Made by a program: the position numbers and the translations under genes
Part shown: positions 32,711 through 43,597 of the stretch, one piece after another
Position numbering within the stretch: position 1 is the stretch's first letter
How the letters are laid out: each line of letters starts with the position of its first letter
Origin: Agrobacterium sp.
Lineage (GTDB): Bacteria; Pseudomonadota; Alphaproteobacteria; Rhizobiales; Rhizobiaceae
Direction of reading: 5' to 3'
DNA: 64,000 nt
NCBI GenBank assembly: GCA_034519725.1
Contig: JAXHOC010000024.1
Span: 7,410-71,409, forward strand
Notes under the pieces: model-generated
What the model saw: only the letters and a program-made list of their open reading frames with translations
What the model was told of the DNA's origin: nothing
Database searches by the model: none

Positions 32711-33493
32711 ATGAACGGGCTGTCGGTGAAACTATTGGCGATGAAAAGACTGATAAAATTCCTGCTGCCATTGCTGTTGCCGGTATCGGCTCATGCGGGC
32801 GGGCAGGCGGATTTCTGCAAGACCATCGATCATGCCGGCGGGCGTTACATCGTCTGCAGTTTCGATCCGGCAAAAAGCACGATCAGGATCTACGACCGCG
32901 ATCATGTCTCGGGTGAGGGATATCGCTCCTTTTCCGATCTCTCCTCCGCCCTGTGGCGGCAGCACATGTTCAGCGTCTTTGCCATGAATGGCGGCATGTA
33001 CCATTCCGACTATTCTCCCGTTGGCCTGTTTATTGAAAACGGCGTCGAACGTTCGCCGATCAGCACCAGCGACGGCTGGGGCAATTTCCATCTTCTGCCG
33101 AATGGCGTGTTTTATCTGAAGGGGGCAACGGCGGGGGTTCTGGACACGCAGGCCTATCTCTCGGCCGGACTGAAACCGGATTTCGCCACCCAGTCCGGGC
33201 CGATGCTGGTGATCGACGGAAAGCTGCATCCGCGATTCCTGCCCGATAGCGACAGCCTGAAACGCCGCAACGGCGTCGGCGTGTCGCGCGACGGCATGGT
33301 GCATTTTGCGATTTCGGAAAACACCGTGCGGTTTTACGATTTCGCGACGCTGTTCAGGGATGTGCTGGATGCGCCAAACGCACTCTATCTCGACGGCACG
33401 ATTTCCAGTGTCGACATTCCCGCGATGAAAAGACGCGATTCGCTGTTTCCCATGGGGCCAATCATCGCCGTCGTCGACAAGGTGCCCGACTAA
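32711..33493 (+). CDS. phosphodiester glycosidase family (YigE/DUF2233-like) exported protein
   Basis: FAMNGGMY, GNFHLLPNGVF, QSGPMLV, NALYLDG. Confidence 0.85.
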   Translation: MNGLSVKLLAMKRLIKFLLPLLLPVSAHAGGQADFCKTIDHAGGRYIVCSFDPAKSTIRIYDRDHVSGEGYRSFSDLSSALWRQHMFSVFAMNGGMYHSDYSPVGLFIENGVERSPISTSDGWGNFHLLPNGVFYLKGATAGVLDTQAYLSAGLKPDFATQSGPMLVIDGKLHPRFLPDSDSLKRRNGVGVSRDGMVHFAISENTVRFYDFATLFRDVLDAPNALYLDGTISSVDIPAMKRRDSLFPMGPIIAVVDKVPD

Positions 33494-33535
33494 AGCGTTT
33501 CCAGTAAAACTGCGTAAAAACAAAGAATTAGAGCA
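33491..33535. repeat. internally deleted copy of the 6236-6338 repeat
   Basis: TAAAGCGTTTCCAGTAAAACTGCGTAAAAACAAAGAATTAGAGCA; its first TAA is the stop codon of the upstream gene. Confidence 0.55.
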
Positions 33536-33559
33536 CGCCAAACGGACCCGTTCTCTGGG

Positions 33560-33817
33560 TCAGATCGGCGCTTTTGGGTAGGCCTTTTCGAGACCCGCCG
33601 ATGCCGTCAGCCCCTTGCGGAAGGCGAGATAGGCGGGATGCTGGCTGGCCTTGGCCGTTTCCATGATGCGTATTTGCAGGCGGGCAGGCGCATTGCTGCC
33701 AAGCCACTCGCCTGATGTCTCAAGTTTCAGGCTGTTGAGGAAGCGGGCATTGGCCTGCTGATCGAGATGGAGATTGAGGCCGGCCAGCAGGTTTTCATCC
33801 TGCAACACGTTTTCCAT
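33560..33817 (-). CDS. small hypothetical protein
   Basis: MENVLQDENLL...AYPKAPI, 85 aa, GC-rich third positions, upstream AGGATAAGG. Confidence 0.55.
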   Translation of the reverse strand: MENVLQDENLLAGLNLHLDQQANARFLNSLKLETSGEWLGSNAPARLQIRIMETAKASQHPAYLAFRKGLTASAGLEKAYPKAPI

Positions 33818-34287
33818 CAAAAAGCAGCAGCCACGCCTTATCCTCGCTTGCAAGCGAGGCAAGTTTCGATGCGACCGTCTCGCGGTCCGGAAAGGATGAT
33901 GCCTGCTGCATGTAATGATGAACCCCGTTGCCGTTTTCTGTCGATACGGCAGAGACGGCAGGCTTTCAAGACGCAACAGTGAGGGTGCGAAAATTCAACC
34001 CTGGAATGCCAGTTGCCGCTGGTTTCAACAGGCGTTTGTGCGAAACCTTCATAAATCGGTTACACTTTAGTTCAAATTGCGGCGAAGGGCATAATGGGAC
34101 CACCCGGCACCCCCGGCCTAACGCTTTGTTTTTTCACATACCTATGCAATTGGCGAATGGCAGACCGTCAAAAACGCCTTCATTTAGCCGCTTTTTGCAT
34201 TTGCGTTCTGCGTCGGATTTTAATAAATGCTTCCCCCAACGGGCCCGGTCTTGGAGATCGCCCGGAGAGTGAATAGCTGGAGTAATC

Positions 34288-34389
34288 ATGGAAGAAACCG
34301 CTCAGAAATCCTGCTGGGGCGTCACCATACGCGCACTTGCAGGCTTTGCCGCATTTCTCGCATTGACGTACATTTTTGGCAGCCCATAA
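34288..34389 (+). CDS. 33-aa putative single-pass membrane protein
   Basis: GGAG RBS 5 nt before ATG; MEETAQKSCWGVTIRALAGFAAFLALTYIFGSP*; hairpin plus T-run at ~34416-34452. Confidence 0.55.
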   Translation: MEETAQKSCWGVTIRALAGFAAFLALTYIFGSP

Positions 34390-34567
34390 GCACTTCTCAT
34401 TGAATGACGGGTTTTAAAACGGCGCGGTTTCCTCTGGGAACCGTGCTGTTTTCGTTTCTGCGACCCGTATGTCGCAGTTGCAAAAGCCGGTGCCGCTCTT
34501 TTGTGGCGATCCGCCGCAGCTTTGGATATGATGGTTGGGAAATTCATCATTATTCAAGGTAAGCCTC

Positions 34568-35971
34568 ATGTTTCTTTCGGTCTTCGACGTCTTCAAGATC
34601 GGTATCGGTCCTTCCAGCTCGCACACGATGGGGCCGATGACGGCGGCGAACCGCTTTCTCGCGCTGATCCTCGGTGATGAATGGCCGCGTCCGGCGGGTG
34701 CTTCGGTGTCGCGCCTGAAAGTCAGCCTGCACGGGTCTCTGGCCTTTACCGGCATCGGCCATGGCACCGGCCGTGCCGTCATTCTCGGCCTGACGGGCGA
34801 GCGGCCGGATCTCGTCGATCCCGACGCCATGGACCCGATCATCGACAAGGTGGAAAAGGCCGGCACCGTGTCGCCGCCGGGCCATCCGCCTTACGAGTTC
34901 AATCCCGCCGAGGATCTGGTCTTCGACAAGAAGAACCCGCTGCCCGGCCATGCCAACGGCATGACCTTTTCCGCTTTCGACAATCAGGGCAGGCTGCTTC
35001 TCAAGCGCATCTATTATTCCGTCGGCGGCGGTTTCGTCGTCACCGATACGGAACTGGAATCCATCAAGCAGCGTGGCAAAACCATCGATAACGGTCCGCG
35101 CGTGCCTTATCCTTTCGCCACCGCGCGGGAAATGCTTGAGATGGCGGGCCGCTCCGGCCGCACCATCGCCCAGATGAAACGCGCCAACGAAGAGACGGTG
35201 CTCTCCCGCGACGAGCTGAACGAACGCCTTGACCAGATCTGGGAGGCGATGAACGGCTGTATCGAGCGGGGGCTGAAGGTGGATGGCATCATGCCTGGCG
35301 GCCTGAAGGTGCGCCGCCGCGCCCGTTCCATCTACGAGAAACTAAATGAGGAATGGCGCAGCAACCGGCTCAATCCGGTCATGGCGAATGACTGGCTGAG
35401 CGTCTATGCCATGGCGGTGAACGAGGAAAATGCGGCGGGCGGGCGCGTGGTGACGGCGCCGACCAACGGTGCTGCGGGCGTCGTTCCGGCGACTGTGCGG
35501 TATTTCCGGCATTTCCATGAGGATGCGACCGTTGATGACGTGCGTGATTTCCTGCTGACGGCCGCCGCCATCGGCGGCATCATCAAGCATAATGCGTCCA
35601 TTTCAGGTGCTGAAGTCGGCTGTCAGGGCGAGGTTGGGTCCGCTGCCGCGATGGCGGCGGCAGGCCTTGCCGCCGTCATGGGCGGTTCGCCCGAGCAGAT
35701 TGAAAATGCCGCCGAAATCGCGCTCGAACATCACCTCGGCATGACCTGCGATCCGATCGCCGGGCTGGTGCAGATACCCTGCATCGAGCGCAATGCGCTG
35801 GGTGCCGTGAAAGCGGTGACGGCGGCCTCGCTGGCGCTGAAGGGTGACGGCCAGCATTTCGTCCCACTCGACGCCTGTATCGAAACCATGCGCCAGACCG
35901 GCAACGACATGAGCGACAAATACAAGGAAACCTCGACAGGCGGTCTTGCCGTCAACGTTGTGGAATGCTGA
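34568..35971 (+). CDS. sdaA: L-serine ammonia-lyase (Fe-S)
   Basis: [39 protein letters not shown]. Confidence 0.96.
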   Translation: MFLSVFDVFKIGIGPSSSHTMGPMTAANRFLALILGDEWPRPAGASVSRLKVSLHGSLAFTGIGHGTGRAVILGLTGERPDLVDPDAMDPIIDKVEKAGTVSPPGHPPYEFNPAEDLVFDKKNPLPGHANGMTFSAFDNQGRLLLKRIYYSVGGGFVVTDTELESIKQRGKTIDNGPRVPYPFATAREMLEMAGRSGRTIAQMKRANEETVLSRDELNERLDQIWEAMNGCIERGLKVDGIMPGGLKVRRRARSIYEKLNEEWRSNRLNPVMANDWLSVYAMAVNEENAAGGRVVTAPTNGAAGVVPATVRYFRHFHEDATVDDVRDFLLTAAAIGGIIKHNASISGAEVGCQGEVGSAAAMAAAGLAAVMGGSPEQIENAAEIALEHHLGMTCDPIAGLVQIPCIERNALGAVKAVTAASLALKGDGQHFVPLDACIETMRQTGNDMSDKYKETSTGGLAVNVVEC

Positions 35972-36036
35972 GCGGGCAGGGCGTCAGGCATGGTTCACAT
36001 GCTTGACGCCCGCCGCAAAAAGGCATTGATAAGCAT

Positions 36037-36474
36037 ATGCCTCTACATCTCATAAAACTTTGCGTCGGCGCGGATTCACTCCAGGATTTGAGAGACTGGG
36101 TCGCGCATCGCTCGCTGACTGCGATTGCCGCAGGCCTTGAGCCGCACAGCGTCCACACCACCCGAATGTTCCCGAAACGGGTTGAAGAGTTGCTGGACGG
36201 CGGTTCGCTCTATTGGGTCATCAAGGGCCACGTGCAGGCGCGGCAGAAACTTCTCGATATACGCTCCTTCAAGGGCGACGACGGCATTACCCGTTGCGAT
36301 CTCATTCTCGGACCCGAGGTGATCGAAACCTCGCCGGCGCCGAAGCGGCCGTTTCAGGGCTGGCGTTACCTCAATGACCACGAGGCCCCGCGCGATCTCG
36401 GTGGCGGCGACTTCGGTGGCGAGGAGATGCCCTCCGACCTCAAACGGGAACTGGCCGAGCTGGGCCTGCTCTGA
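36037..36474 (+). CDS. DUF1489 family protein
   Basis: MPLHLIKLCVG, GGSLYWVIKG, RPFQGWRYL. Confidence 0.9.
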   Translation: MPLHLIKLCVGADSLQDLRDWVAHRSLTAIAAGLEPHSVHTTRMFPKRVEELLDGGSLYWVIKGHVQARQKLLDIRSFKGDDGITRCDLILGPEVIETSPAPKRPFQGWRYLNDHEAPRDLGGGDFGGEEMPSDLKRELAELGLL

Positions 36475-36510
36475 CGCTCAACGGGCATAATGCAAAGGTG
36501 AAATTTCTCT

Positions 36511-36626
36511 TCCGTCATGCCGGACCTGATCCGGCATCCAGCCACGCGCGTCTGCGCCCCGAGAAGATTTTCCTGCGATCAAGGACTTGGTCGCGCTGGA
36601 CCCCGGATCACGTCCGGGGTGACGGA
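36511..36626. repeat. ~115-bp composite palindromic element (CCGG subtype, reverse orientation)
   Basis: Reverse complement resembles the 27480, 47131 and 51950 copies. Confidence 0.85.
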
Positions 36627-36679
36627 GTGAGTAAGACACAGATTTATCAGACGCAGTTTTGGGGCTCGATCGGCAACTG

Positions 36680-36712
36680 AAAAAGCCGGCTTCCCTGCGG
36701 AGCCGGCTTTTT
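36680..36712. terminator. bidirectional terminator
   Basis: AAAAGCCGGCTTC-CCTGC-GGAGCCGGCTTTTT. Confidence 0.85.
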
Positions 36713-36745
36713 CATTTGGGGAGACGGTATATTCGGGGGCTGGCT

Positions 36746-37354
36746 TCAGTTGATGCCGCCAACCGCAGTGGTGGCGCGGCCATCCTGTATTTTCACCCAG
36801 CGCCCGGGATTGGCGGTGTCCTGACGCTTCAGGTAGGTATATTCGGTCTCCGACCAGTTCATGACCTTGTTGCGCATGTTGTCGAGGATGAAGTCGCCGC
36901 GATCGGTGCGCACGGTCAGCACGGCATGGCCTTCGCCATTCGGCTGCAGAACGACCGTGATCAGCAGGTTGTTGGCGGAGAAACCCTTGTTCATCAGCAT
37001 CTTGCGCTTCAGAAGCACGAAGTCTTCACAATCGCCGACCGTGGTGGGATAGGCCCAGCGTTCTTCGACACCGTAGATTTCCATGTCGGTCATCGGCGTG
37101 ATCGTGGTGTTGGCGGTGTAGTTGACGTCGAGCATCGTCTTCCAGCGCTCTTCGGTCAGTTTCATCGGGCCGTTATCCAGCGATGTCGGCTGGCATTCGC
37201 TCTGATAGGTCTGGCAGAACTCGTAATGGCCAATCGGCGGGTTTGCCTTGCCGATCACGCGCATGGCGGCAGATGGCGAAGCGCTGGCCTGCTGGGCGAT
37301 GGCGCTGACGATGAATGCGATCAGAAAGAAACCGAAACGGTTGTTTTTGTTCAT
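36746..37354 (-). CDS. transglutaminase-like cysteine peptidase (BTLCP/Peptidase C93)
   Basis: Signal peptide, GDCEDF, GEGHAVL, FILDN catalytic triad motifs. Confidence 0.92.
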   Translation of the reverse strand: MNKNNRFGFFLIAFIVSAIAQQASASPSAAMRVIGKANPPIGHYEFCQTYQSECQPTSLDNGPMKLTEERWKTMLDVNYTANTTITPMTDMEIYGVEERWAYPTTVGDCEDFVLLKRKMLMNKGFSANNLLITVVLQPNGEGHAVLTVRTDRGDFILDNMRNKVMNWSETEYTYLKRQDTANPGRWVKIQDGRATTAVGGIN

Positions 37355-37893
37355 TGCTTGTCTCCCCGTGTTGGAGAGACACTCGCATGGATATTTTGAC
37401 CCGGCGGAAAGATGCGCGTGGCAATTTGAGCTTATATTTCAGCAAATTAGCAGATATATTGAAGTGTATTTGAGTGAGTTTTTATGCGTGTTTGAAGCAA
37501 ATTTTACTACAATTTTACGCATCTCGACCTTAGGTTTTTGGTAGCCATTTAGGCCGCTGTATTAAAAGCGATTTTCGCCGCAGGGATATTTTTGTGACGC
37601 CCGGCGGTCAGGCTGCGGAGCGTGTCGAAGACGCCGATTTCCCGTTTTGGGAATGCTGTTTCAAGCCGGGACAGGCCAAAAAAGGCCGCGAAAAAAACTT
37701 CGAAAAAACTGTGTTTTTTTGAAAAAATGTCTGGAGCCGGCTTTTCCCCTTCGGATTTGCGCGAGCACCAAGGCGAAATGGCGCGCGCCGATCATCTTGA
37801 CCGGAGGGCTCGGCAGCCGGTTTTAACGGAATCCATCATGCGGGGAAGGAGGACTTCAAACGGTCGGCGCAAATCCACGCGCTGCATTTGCAA

Positions 37894-37918
37894 TCATTCC
37901 GGCTCAAGGCCGGAATGA
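37894..37918. repeat. single REP-like palindrome
   Basis: TCATTCCGGCTCAAGGCCGGAATGA, same type as the arms of the 55754 element. Confidence 0.7.
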
Positions 37919-38001
37919 CGGCAAGCGATAGCCGCGACAGGTTCCGCGAACGCCGCACTTCCCGTGTAGAGATACCGCTCGATGGCGTTACTGGAGATGA
38001 T

Positions 38002-38619
38002 CTAGAGAAATTCGATCAGGGCGTCGGGCGACTGGACGCGGTCAAATTCGACCGCGACGCCTTCCATGAAGTGGCGCACGATCTTGCCGCTCATGTTCTT
38101 GCCAAGCTGGACCCTGGTACCAAGTGGAGGCCGGTTTCCGATCTCGATGGCTGCGCCCGACAAAGAAAGGTCGATCAGCCGGCAAGAAAGAAGCGTGCCG
38201 TCTTCCAGCACCAGATGTGCCCGCGTATTGCGCGGTGTCAGGCGGTCGTGGCGGCGGTCTTCCGGCAGGCCGAGCAACTGGCGCTTGGCGATCCATGCCA
38301 GCTGGGCTGCGAGCTTTTCCCGCTTGCGCTCGGGCGCATTGATGGCAATGACGAATCCCGACGCGGTCAGCGCCGTAACCTTACCTTCGATGCGGCCGAT
38401 ATGCTGGAGATAGGCGATGACGCGATCGCCGTTGCGGGCAATGCCGGTGCAGGCAAACAGCGCCCGTTCGGCGGTCATCTCGGTTGCGGTGCAATCATAT
38501 TCCTGGTGATCGGGCAACATCAGACGGCCGGTGAAGGACACACGGACGGGATCGTCCAAGTGAACCTCTTCCACCGGACGCAGTATCTGAGCAGTGTTGA
38601 CCGAACGTGATGAGAACAT
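38002..38619 (-). CDS. tandem PilZ-domain protein
   Basis: Second domain has RRHDR (RxxxR) and DLSLSG (DxSxxG). Confidence 0.88.
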   Translation of the reverse strand: MFSSRSVNTAQILRPVEEVHLDDPVRVSFTGRLMLPDHQEYDCTATEMTAERALFACTGIARNGDRVIAYLQHIGRIEGKVTALTASGFVIAINAPERKREKLAAQLAWIAKRQLLGLPEDRRHDRLTPRNTRAHLVLEDGTLLSCRLIDLSLSGAAIEIGNRPPLGTRVQLGKNMSGKIVRHFMEGVAVEFDRVQSPDALIEFL

Positions 38620-38782
38620 GGACAGCGCAATTGTAACCAATGATTGATGGGGAATATCTACGCCGCCCGGGTTAACAGACTGTATTGTTTAACCCTTACA
38701 ATTTTTCCCATCGGCAAGATCGTTACAGCCCTGACGTATTTCCTGCGAAATTCAGGCGGAATGCACCTCGCCATGCGGGCCG

Positions 38783-39340
38783 TCAGCGGGTTACCGCATG
38801 CGGCATGACAGCGTTTCCGGCATGCGTCGAATACATCGTCGGGGCGATGTCCATGCGCAGCAGGCGGCTGCTTTTCATCTTGAGGCAGCTGACCGGCGCT
38901 GCGAATTCGTGGCGCGGCCGTTCCGGCAACAATGCTCCGAGCAATCTCGGGGCGGCGTCACTATCCGAACTCAGCGGCAATAGTAGCATTTCGAAGGCCA
39001 GCGGTGTTGCGCCATAATCGTCCGCCGCTTCGATATCGAACAGCACGGGCAATTGATGTTGCAGGATGCCGCGTGCGACCCGGCAGGGGAAGGTGGCATC
39101 TGCCGCCGGCCACAGGTCCGAAAACGGGCTTTCCCGCAATTCCCGACCGAACAGGTCGCACAGGCGCGTGCCGGCCAGGCGGAAGAACGGTGTTCTTTCG
39201 CCCTTGTCCACGAGGATGAAGAGGTCGGGCAGATGATGTTTCAGCTTTGCGGGGTCGAAGTCTTCGCGGCGGGGCGCCGGCTTCTTGCCACGCAAGGCGT
39301 CCCAATAGTCATATATGTCCAGTCCGGCCATGCTCTTCAT
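38783..39340 (-). CDS. PAS_5 (DUF1457) domain protein
   Basis: YDYWDALRG..AP.R, FRLAGTRLC.LFGREL, FEMLLLPL. Confidence 0.85.
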   Translation of the reverse strand: MKSMAGLDIYDYWDALRGKKPAPRREDFDPAKLKHHLPDLFILVDKGERTPFFRLAGTRLCDLFGRELRESPFSDLWPAADATFPCRVARGILQHQLPVLFDIEAADDYGATPLAFEMLLLPLSSDSDAAPRLLGALLPERPRHEFAAPVSCLKMKSSRLLRMDIAPTMYSTHAGNAVMPHAVTR

Positions 39341-39435
39341 AGCATTTTCTCCATGTACGCTTTTGGGACATCATGTCCATCCGAACGCCTCTTACTGGTG
39401 GTGTAGCGAATTTCATGCCAACCGGTTTTGTTAGG

Positions 39436-39451
39436 GTTAACAAATGGTTGA
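39436..39451. promoter_or_regulatory. CtrA-like binding site
   Basis: GTTAA-CAAATGG-TTGA, one mismatch to TTAA-N7-TTAAC, upstream of the PAS gene. Confidence 0.5.
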
Positions 39452-39709
39452 GATTGCGCTGTAACCAATGCCGTGGCATCGGTGCGGCCAGGTCGGGGAG
39501 ATGCTCCCAGTCAGCACGATTGATGCTTTTGCCCGCGATTTTTTGGCGGGCGTGCAGGCCGGACTGCCCTTGAGTGCCGGCGCCTGAACCGGTTGCGGTT
39601 TTCGCGTCATGGCCCAAAAGGCAGGACGGCTTTTTTTTCGTCCGGGCTTCCTATATTGCTCGGAAGACGCAAATTTCCACAAAGACAGGGATAAAATCAT
39701 GCCCGAATA

Positions 39710-40481
39710 ATGACGGTGAACAGGGGCTTGTTTCGGAAACTGGGGAAGTGGAAGTTGAGAGTAAAAATGCAATCCCGTCTTCAACCTGCCGCCGCTTCTG
39801 GTCGGCATATTGGCGGCGCTGCTCGTGGCCTTTGTGGTTCCGGCCTATCTTCTGTCGGAGGATGGCAATGGCTGGTTCATCTTCACCTTTAATTTCATCC
39901 TACGCTGCGTTATGTTGCAGTTTTTTTCGCAGCAGGGGCTGGAATGGCTCTGGACGCCGGTGACATATTCTTTTCTGCACGGTGGCATCGAGCACATTCT
40001 CTTTAACGGATTGTGGCTGATGGCCTTTGGCGCGCCGGTTCTGCGCCGGATCGGAACGCTTCGGTTCGTGCTGTTATGGTGCATATCCGCCGCCGTCTCG
40101 GCCTTTGGCCACGCGGCGCTGAACTGGGGGGATGTGACGGTTCTGATCGGGGCATCCGGTGTCGTTTCGGCGCTGATGGGGGCCGCGTGCCGTTTCGCTT
40201 TCCCTTCACGCGGCGGCTATAGTGCCTCTTTCGGCCATCTGATGCCAAGGCAGAGCATTCTGGCGGCGTTGTCCAACAGGACCGTGCTGATCTTCACGCT
40301 GATGTGGCTGTTCGGCAATGTGCTGATTGCGGTCGGCGTGCCGCTGTTCGGCGATGTCGGCGGTCAAATCGCCTGGGATGCGCATGTGTTCGGCTTTCTG
40401 CTCGGCTTCCTGTTCTTCGGCCTGTTCGATCGCCCGATCCGCGACAGCTTTTTCGATGACGGTGCGGAACACCCGCTCTAG
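39710..40481 (+). CDS. rhomboid-family intramembrane protease (5' end garbled or frameshifted, start approximate)
   Basis: PVFNLP, TYSFLHGG..HILFN, GASG catalytic Ser, AHVFG catalytic His. Confidence 0.88.
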
Positions 40482-40636
40482 CGGTTATCACGCTCCTTGT
40501 CGGCCGTGGCGCAAATTTGCTTGTGCAGGTCCCCATCCGGGATTGCATTCGCATAGGCCTCAGCGCACCATGGCGATGATTTGCAACCGCGGAGAGACTT
40601 CGCCGCGTTGCAGATTGCTGACAGGAGGAGGAAGGC

Positions 40637-41071
40637 ATGGCAACATTCGTAAAAGATCTTCTCGACCGCAAGGGCCGGGATGTCGTGACTGTGGGTCCGA
40701 GCGTAAGCATCGGCGAGGCGGCGGCTACGCTGAATGCGCACAAGATCGGCGCCCTTGTCGTGACCGATGCCGACGGCGTCGTTCTCGGTATTTTCACGGA
40801 ACGCGATCTGGTGAAGGCCGTGGCAGGCGAGGGCGCGGCCTCGCTCCTGCAATCCGTTTCGATGGCGATGACCAAGAACGTCATCCGCTGTCATCACAAT
40901 TCCACCACCGACGAGTTGATGGAAATCATGACGGGCGGACGGTTCCGCCATATTCCGGTTGAGGACGACGGTCGTCTTGCCGGCATCATCTCCATCGGCG
41001 ACGTGGTGAAGGCGCGGATCGGCGAGATCGAGATGGAAGCCGAACATATCAAGGCCTATATCGCCGGATGA
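40637..41071 (+). CDS. CBS-domain pair protein
   Basis: IGALVV, GIFTERD, RFRHIPV, GIISIGDVVK. Confidence 0.92.
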   Translation: MATFVKDLLDRKGRDVVTVGPSVSIGEAAATLNAHKIGALVVTDADGVVLGIFTERDLVKAVAGEGAASLLQSVSMAMTKNVIRCHHNSTTDELMEIMTGGRFRHIPVEDDGRLAGIISIGDVVKARIGEIEMEAEHIKAYIAG

Positions 41072-41130
41072 GGTTTTTGTGGCGGACGATGCCGGAGGGC
41101 TAGTATCTCCGGTTTATTGGCCCGCCACCT

Positions 41131-41158
41131 TTATTCCTGTCAGAAGCACAGGAATGAG
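41131..41158. repeat. single REP-like palindrome (CACAGG subtype)
   Basis: TTATTCCTGTCAGAAGCACAGGAATGAG, matches the right arm of the 13326 element. Confidence 0.55.
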
Positions 41159-41181
41159 CGCAGGAGATGGTGCGCCATTCA

Positions 41182-42108
41182 TCAGCGCCGGAACGCCTGC
41201 TGCATCCGCTCCAGCTCGGGAATGCGGGCGCGCGTTTCCTCATATCCCCTGTCGATGGCTTCGCTGGCGCGATGGAATTCCGACAGGCCGATATCGTTGA
41301 TGCGGGGATGCAGCATGAGGTCGGGCGGGTCGCCGGCCAGGCGCGAGCGCGAAATCCGGTCCTGAATGATATTGAAGGCCTGCACCATGACGCCCGGCAG
41401 GCCGGGGCGCGGCGGACCTTCCAGCGAAGGGGCAGCCCCGTTCGGCGGCGAAGACGCATGTTTGACCACGGCGGAGCGGCCGAACAGATCGTAATTGAGA
41501 TTGACGGCGACGACGAGCGCCTGCTCATAGGCCCGGCAGACCGAAACCGGCACGGGGTTGACGAGGGCGCCGTCGATCAGGGTGCGGCCGTTGCATTGCA
41601 CCGGTTCGAAAATGCCCGGCAGCGCATAGGATGAGCGCAGCGCGGTGACGAGGTCGCCCTGATGGATCCAGACCTCGTGGCCGGTGCGCAATTCCGTGGC
41701 GACGGCGATGAAAGGGTGCTCGAGGTTTTCGACGCGCAAACCTTCCAGATGCTCCTGCATGCGCTTGGTCAGCCGCATGCCGCCGAACAGACCGCCGCCG
41801 CCAATCGTCAGATCGAGCAGGCCGGCAATGCGGCGCATCGTCAGCGAACGGGCAAATTCTTCCAGCTCATCGAGCTTGCCGGCGAGATAACAACCGCCGA
41901 CCAGGGCGCCGATCGAGGTTCCGGCAATCATGCCGATCTTCACCCCGGCCTCATCAAGTGCCCGCAGGACGCCGATATGGGCCCAGCCGCGCGCAGCACC
42001 ACCGCCGAGCGCAAGCGCAATCCGGCGCGTATCGACGATCTCTTTGACGATGGTTTCGGTGTTGCCAGCCGCAAGAGCATTGTGACGATTGCTTCCCCAG
42101 CCCAACAT
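41182..42108 (-). CDS. patatin-like phospholipase (RssA-like)
   Basis: LGGGAARG, GTSIG, DGA motifs. Confidence 0.92.
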   Translation of the reverse strand: MLGWGSNRHNALAAGNTETIVKEIVDTRRIALALGGGAARGWAHIGVLRALDEAGVKIGMIAGTSIGALVGGCYLAGKLDELEEFARSLTMRRIAGLLDLTIGGGGLFGGMRLTKRMQEHLEGLRVENLEHPFIAVATELRTGHEVWIHQGDLVTALRSSYALPGIFEPVQCNGRTLIDGALVNPVPVSVCRAYEQALVVAVNLNYDLFGRSAVVKHASSPPNGAAPSLEGPPRPGLPGVMVQAFNIIQDRISRSRLAGDPPDLMLHPRINDIGLSEFHRASEAIDRGYEETRARIPELERMQQAFRR

Positions 42109-42206
42109 GACCGTACACTCCCTGCCAGCTTTTCGGATCCGGTGTGTTCCTCCGCGAATCCTGAATTATTGGTAGCAAATTGGTGCGGCGGATGGAAGGT
42201 CGCCGT

Positions 42207-42659
42207 TCACGTGCCCGAATAGGTTGTCGCCGGGTCGAAATGGCTGGTGTCGTCGGTGATTTTCGTCACGGCATTGCCATCGGCCAACTCGACCGTGCGG
42301 TAAAAGCAGGAGCGGCGGCCGGTATGGCAGGTCGCATCGTGGCCGGCGACGGAGACCTTCAGCCACACGGCATCCTGATCGCAATCGGTGCGGAGTTCCT
42401 TCACCGTCTGGAGGTTGCCTGATGTTTCGCCCTTTTTCCAGATCTTGTCGCGCGAGCGGCTGTAATAGTGGGCGATGCCCGTTTCCAGCGTCAGCGACAG
42501 GGCCTGCGCATTCATGTGGGCAACCATCAGCAATTCGCCGTCACGCGCATCGGTGACCACGGCGGTGACGAGGCCGTGGGCATCGAATTTCGGCGAAAAG
42601 AGACCCGCGTTCTCAAGCACTTCCTTGTCCGCAGGTGCGGACGGAAACGAAATGGACAT
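42207..42659 (-). CDS. hisI: phosphoribosyl-AMP cyclohydrolase
   Basis: [22 protein letters not shown]. Confidence 0.95.
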   Translation of the reverse strand: MSISFPSAPADKEVLENAGLFSPKFDAHGLVTAVVTDARDGELLMVAHMNAQALSLTLETGIAHYYSRSRDKIWKKGETSGNLQTVKELRTDCDQDAVWLKVSVAGHDATCHTGRRSCFYRTVELADGNAVTKITDDTSHFDPATTYSGT

Positions 42660-42686
42660 TGCAACCCCGAGGGAAAAGCGGAACCT

Positions 42687-43313
42687 TTAGCGGCTCCGCA
42701 CCATGGTCATGAAGCGCACCTGCTCGGCCGGATCGTTCTTGAACGTGCCGGTAAAGCTGGTGGTGAGGGTCGTGGACCCCTGCTTGTTTACGCCGCGCAT
42801 GGACATGCACATATGTTCGGCGTCGATCATGACGGCGACGCCGCGTGGCTTCAGCGTTTCGTCGATGGATCTTGCGATCTGCGCTGTCATGTTTTCCTGC
42901 GTCTGCAGGCGGCGGCCGAAGATTTCGACGACGCGGGCGATCTTCGACAGGCCGAGCACGCGCCCAGCCGGAAGATAGGCGACATGCGCCTTGCCGACGA
43001 TCGGCACCATGTGGTGTTCGCAATGGGAGAAGAAGGGGATGTCGCGCACCAGCACCACATCGTCATAACCGCCGACTTCCTCGAAGGTGGTGCCGAGCAC
43101 GTCCTGGACGTTCAGCTCATAACCGCCAAACAGTTCGCGATAGGCCTTGGCGACGCGCTTGGGCGTATCCAGCAGTCCTTCGCGGGTGGGATTTTCTCCC
43201 GCCCAACGCAGAAGAACGCGCACTGCATCTTCCGCTTCAGCCTGGCTTGGGCGAGCCTCTGCCACATCGGTTTTTGCGCCGGCGCCGGGGAAATTCTTCA
43301 CGATCGCATCCAT
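42687..43313 (-). CDS. folE: GTP cyclohydrolase I
   Basis: [23 protein letters not shown]. Confidence 0.97.
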   Translation of the reverse strand: MDAIVKNFPGAGAKTDVAEARPSQAEAEDAVRVLLRWAGENPTREGLLDTPKRVAKAYRELFGGYELNVQDVLGTTFEEVGGYDDVVLVRDIPFFSHCEHHMVPIVGKAHVAYLPAGRVLGLSKIARVVEIFGRRLQTQENMTAQIARSIDETLKPRGVAVMIDAEHMCMSMRGVNKQGSTTLTTSFTGTFKNDPAEQVRFMTMVRSR

Positions 43314-43597
43314 TTCGTCTCTCCCGATGCGGGTAAAGGCCGCACCTGAACTTTGTTTTTCGTAGTGGGGACTTCGTCCACCGTTGTTGCTATCTGGTTG
43401 TTTTACAGCAATTTGGCAAGGCCGATGCTAATATTTCGGTATCGGAGCCGTTAATTTCACACCGGCTTGATGTCCAGAAAGCTCGTTAGCATATAATGGG
43501 AATGAAGGGCAGGAAAGCATCACCGCGAGAAACGCTGTGTTTGAAAAATTTGACCTGTCCCGTTTTGGGCATTGTTGAAGGCGCCGGATACCTGACG

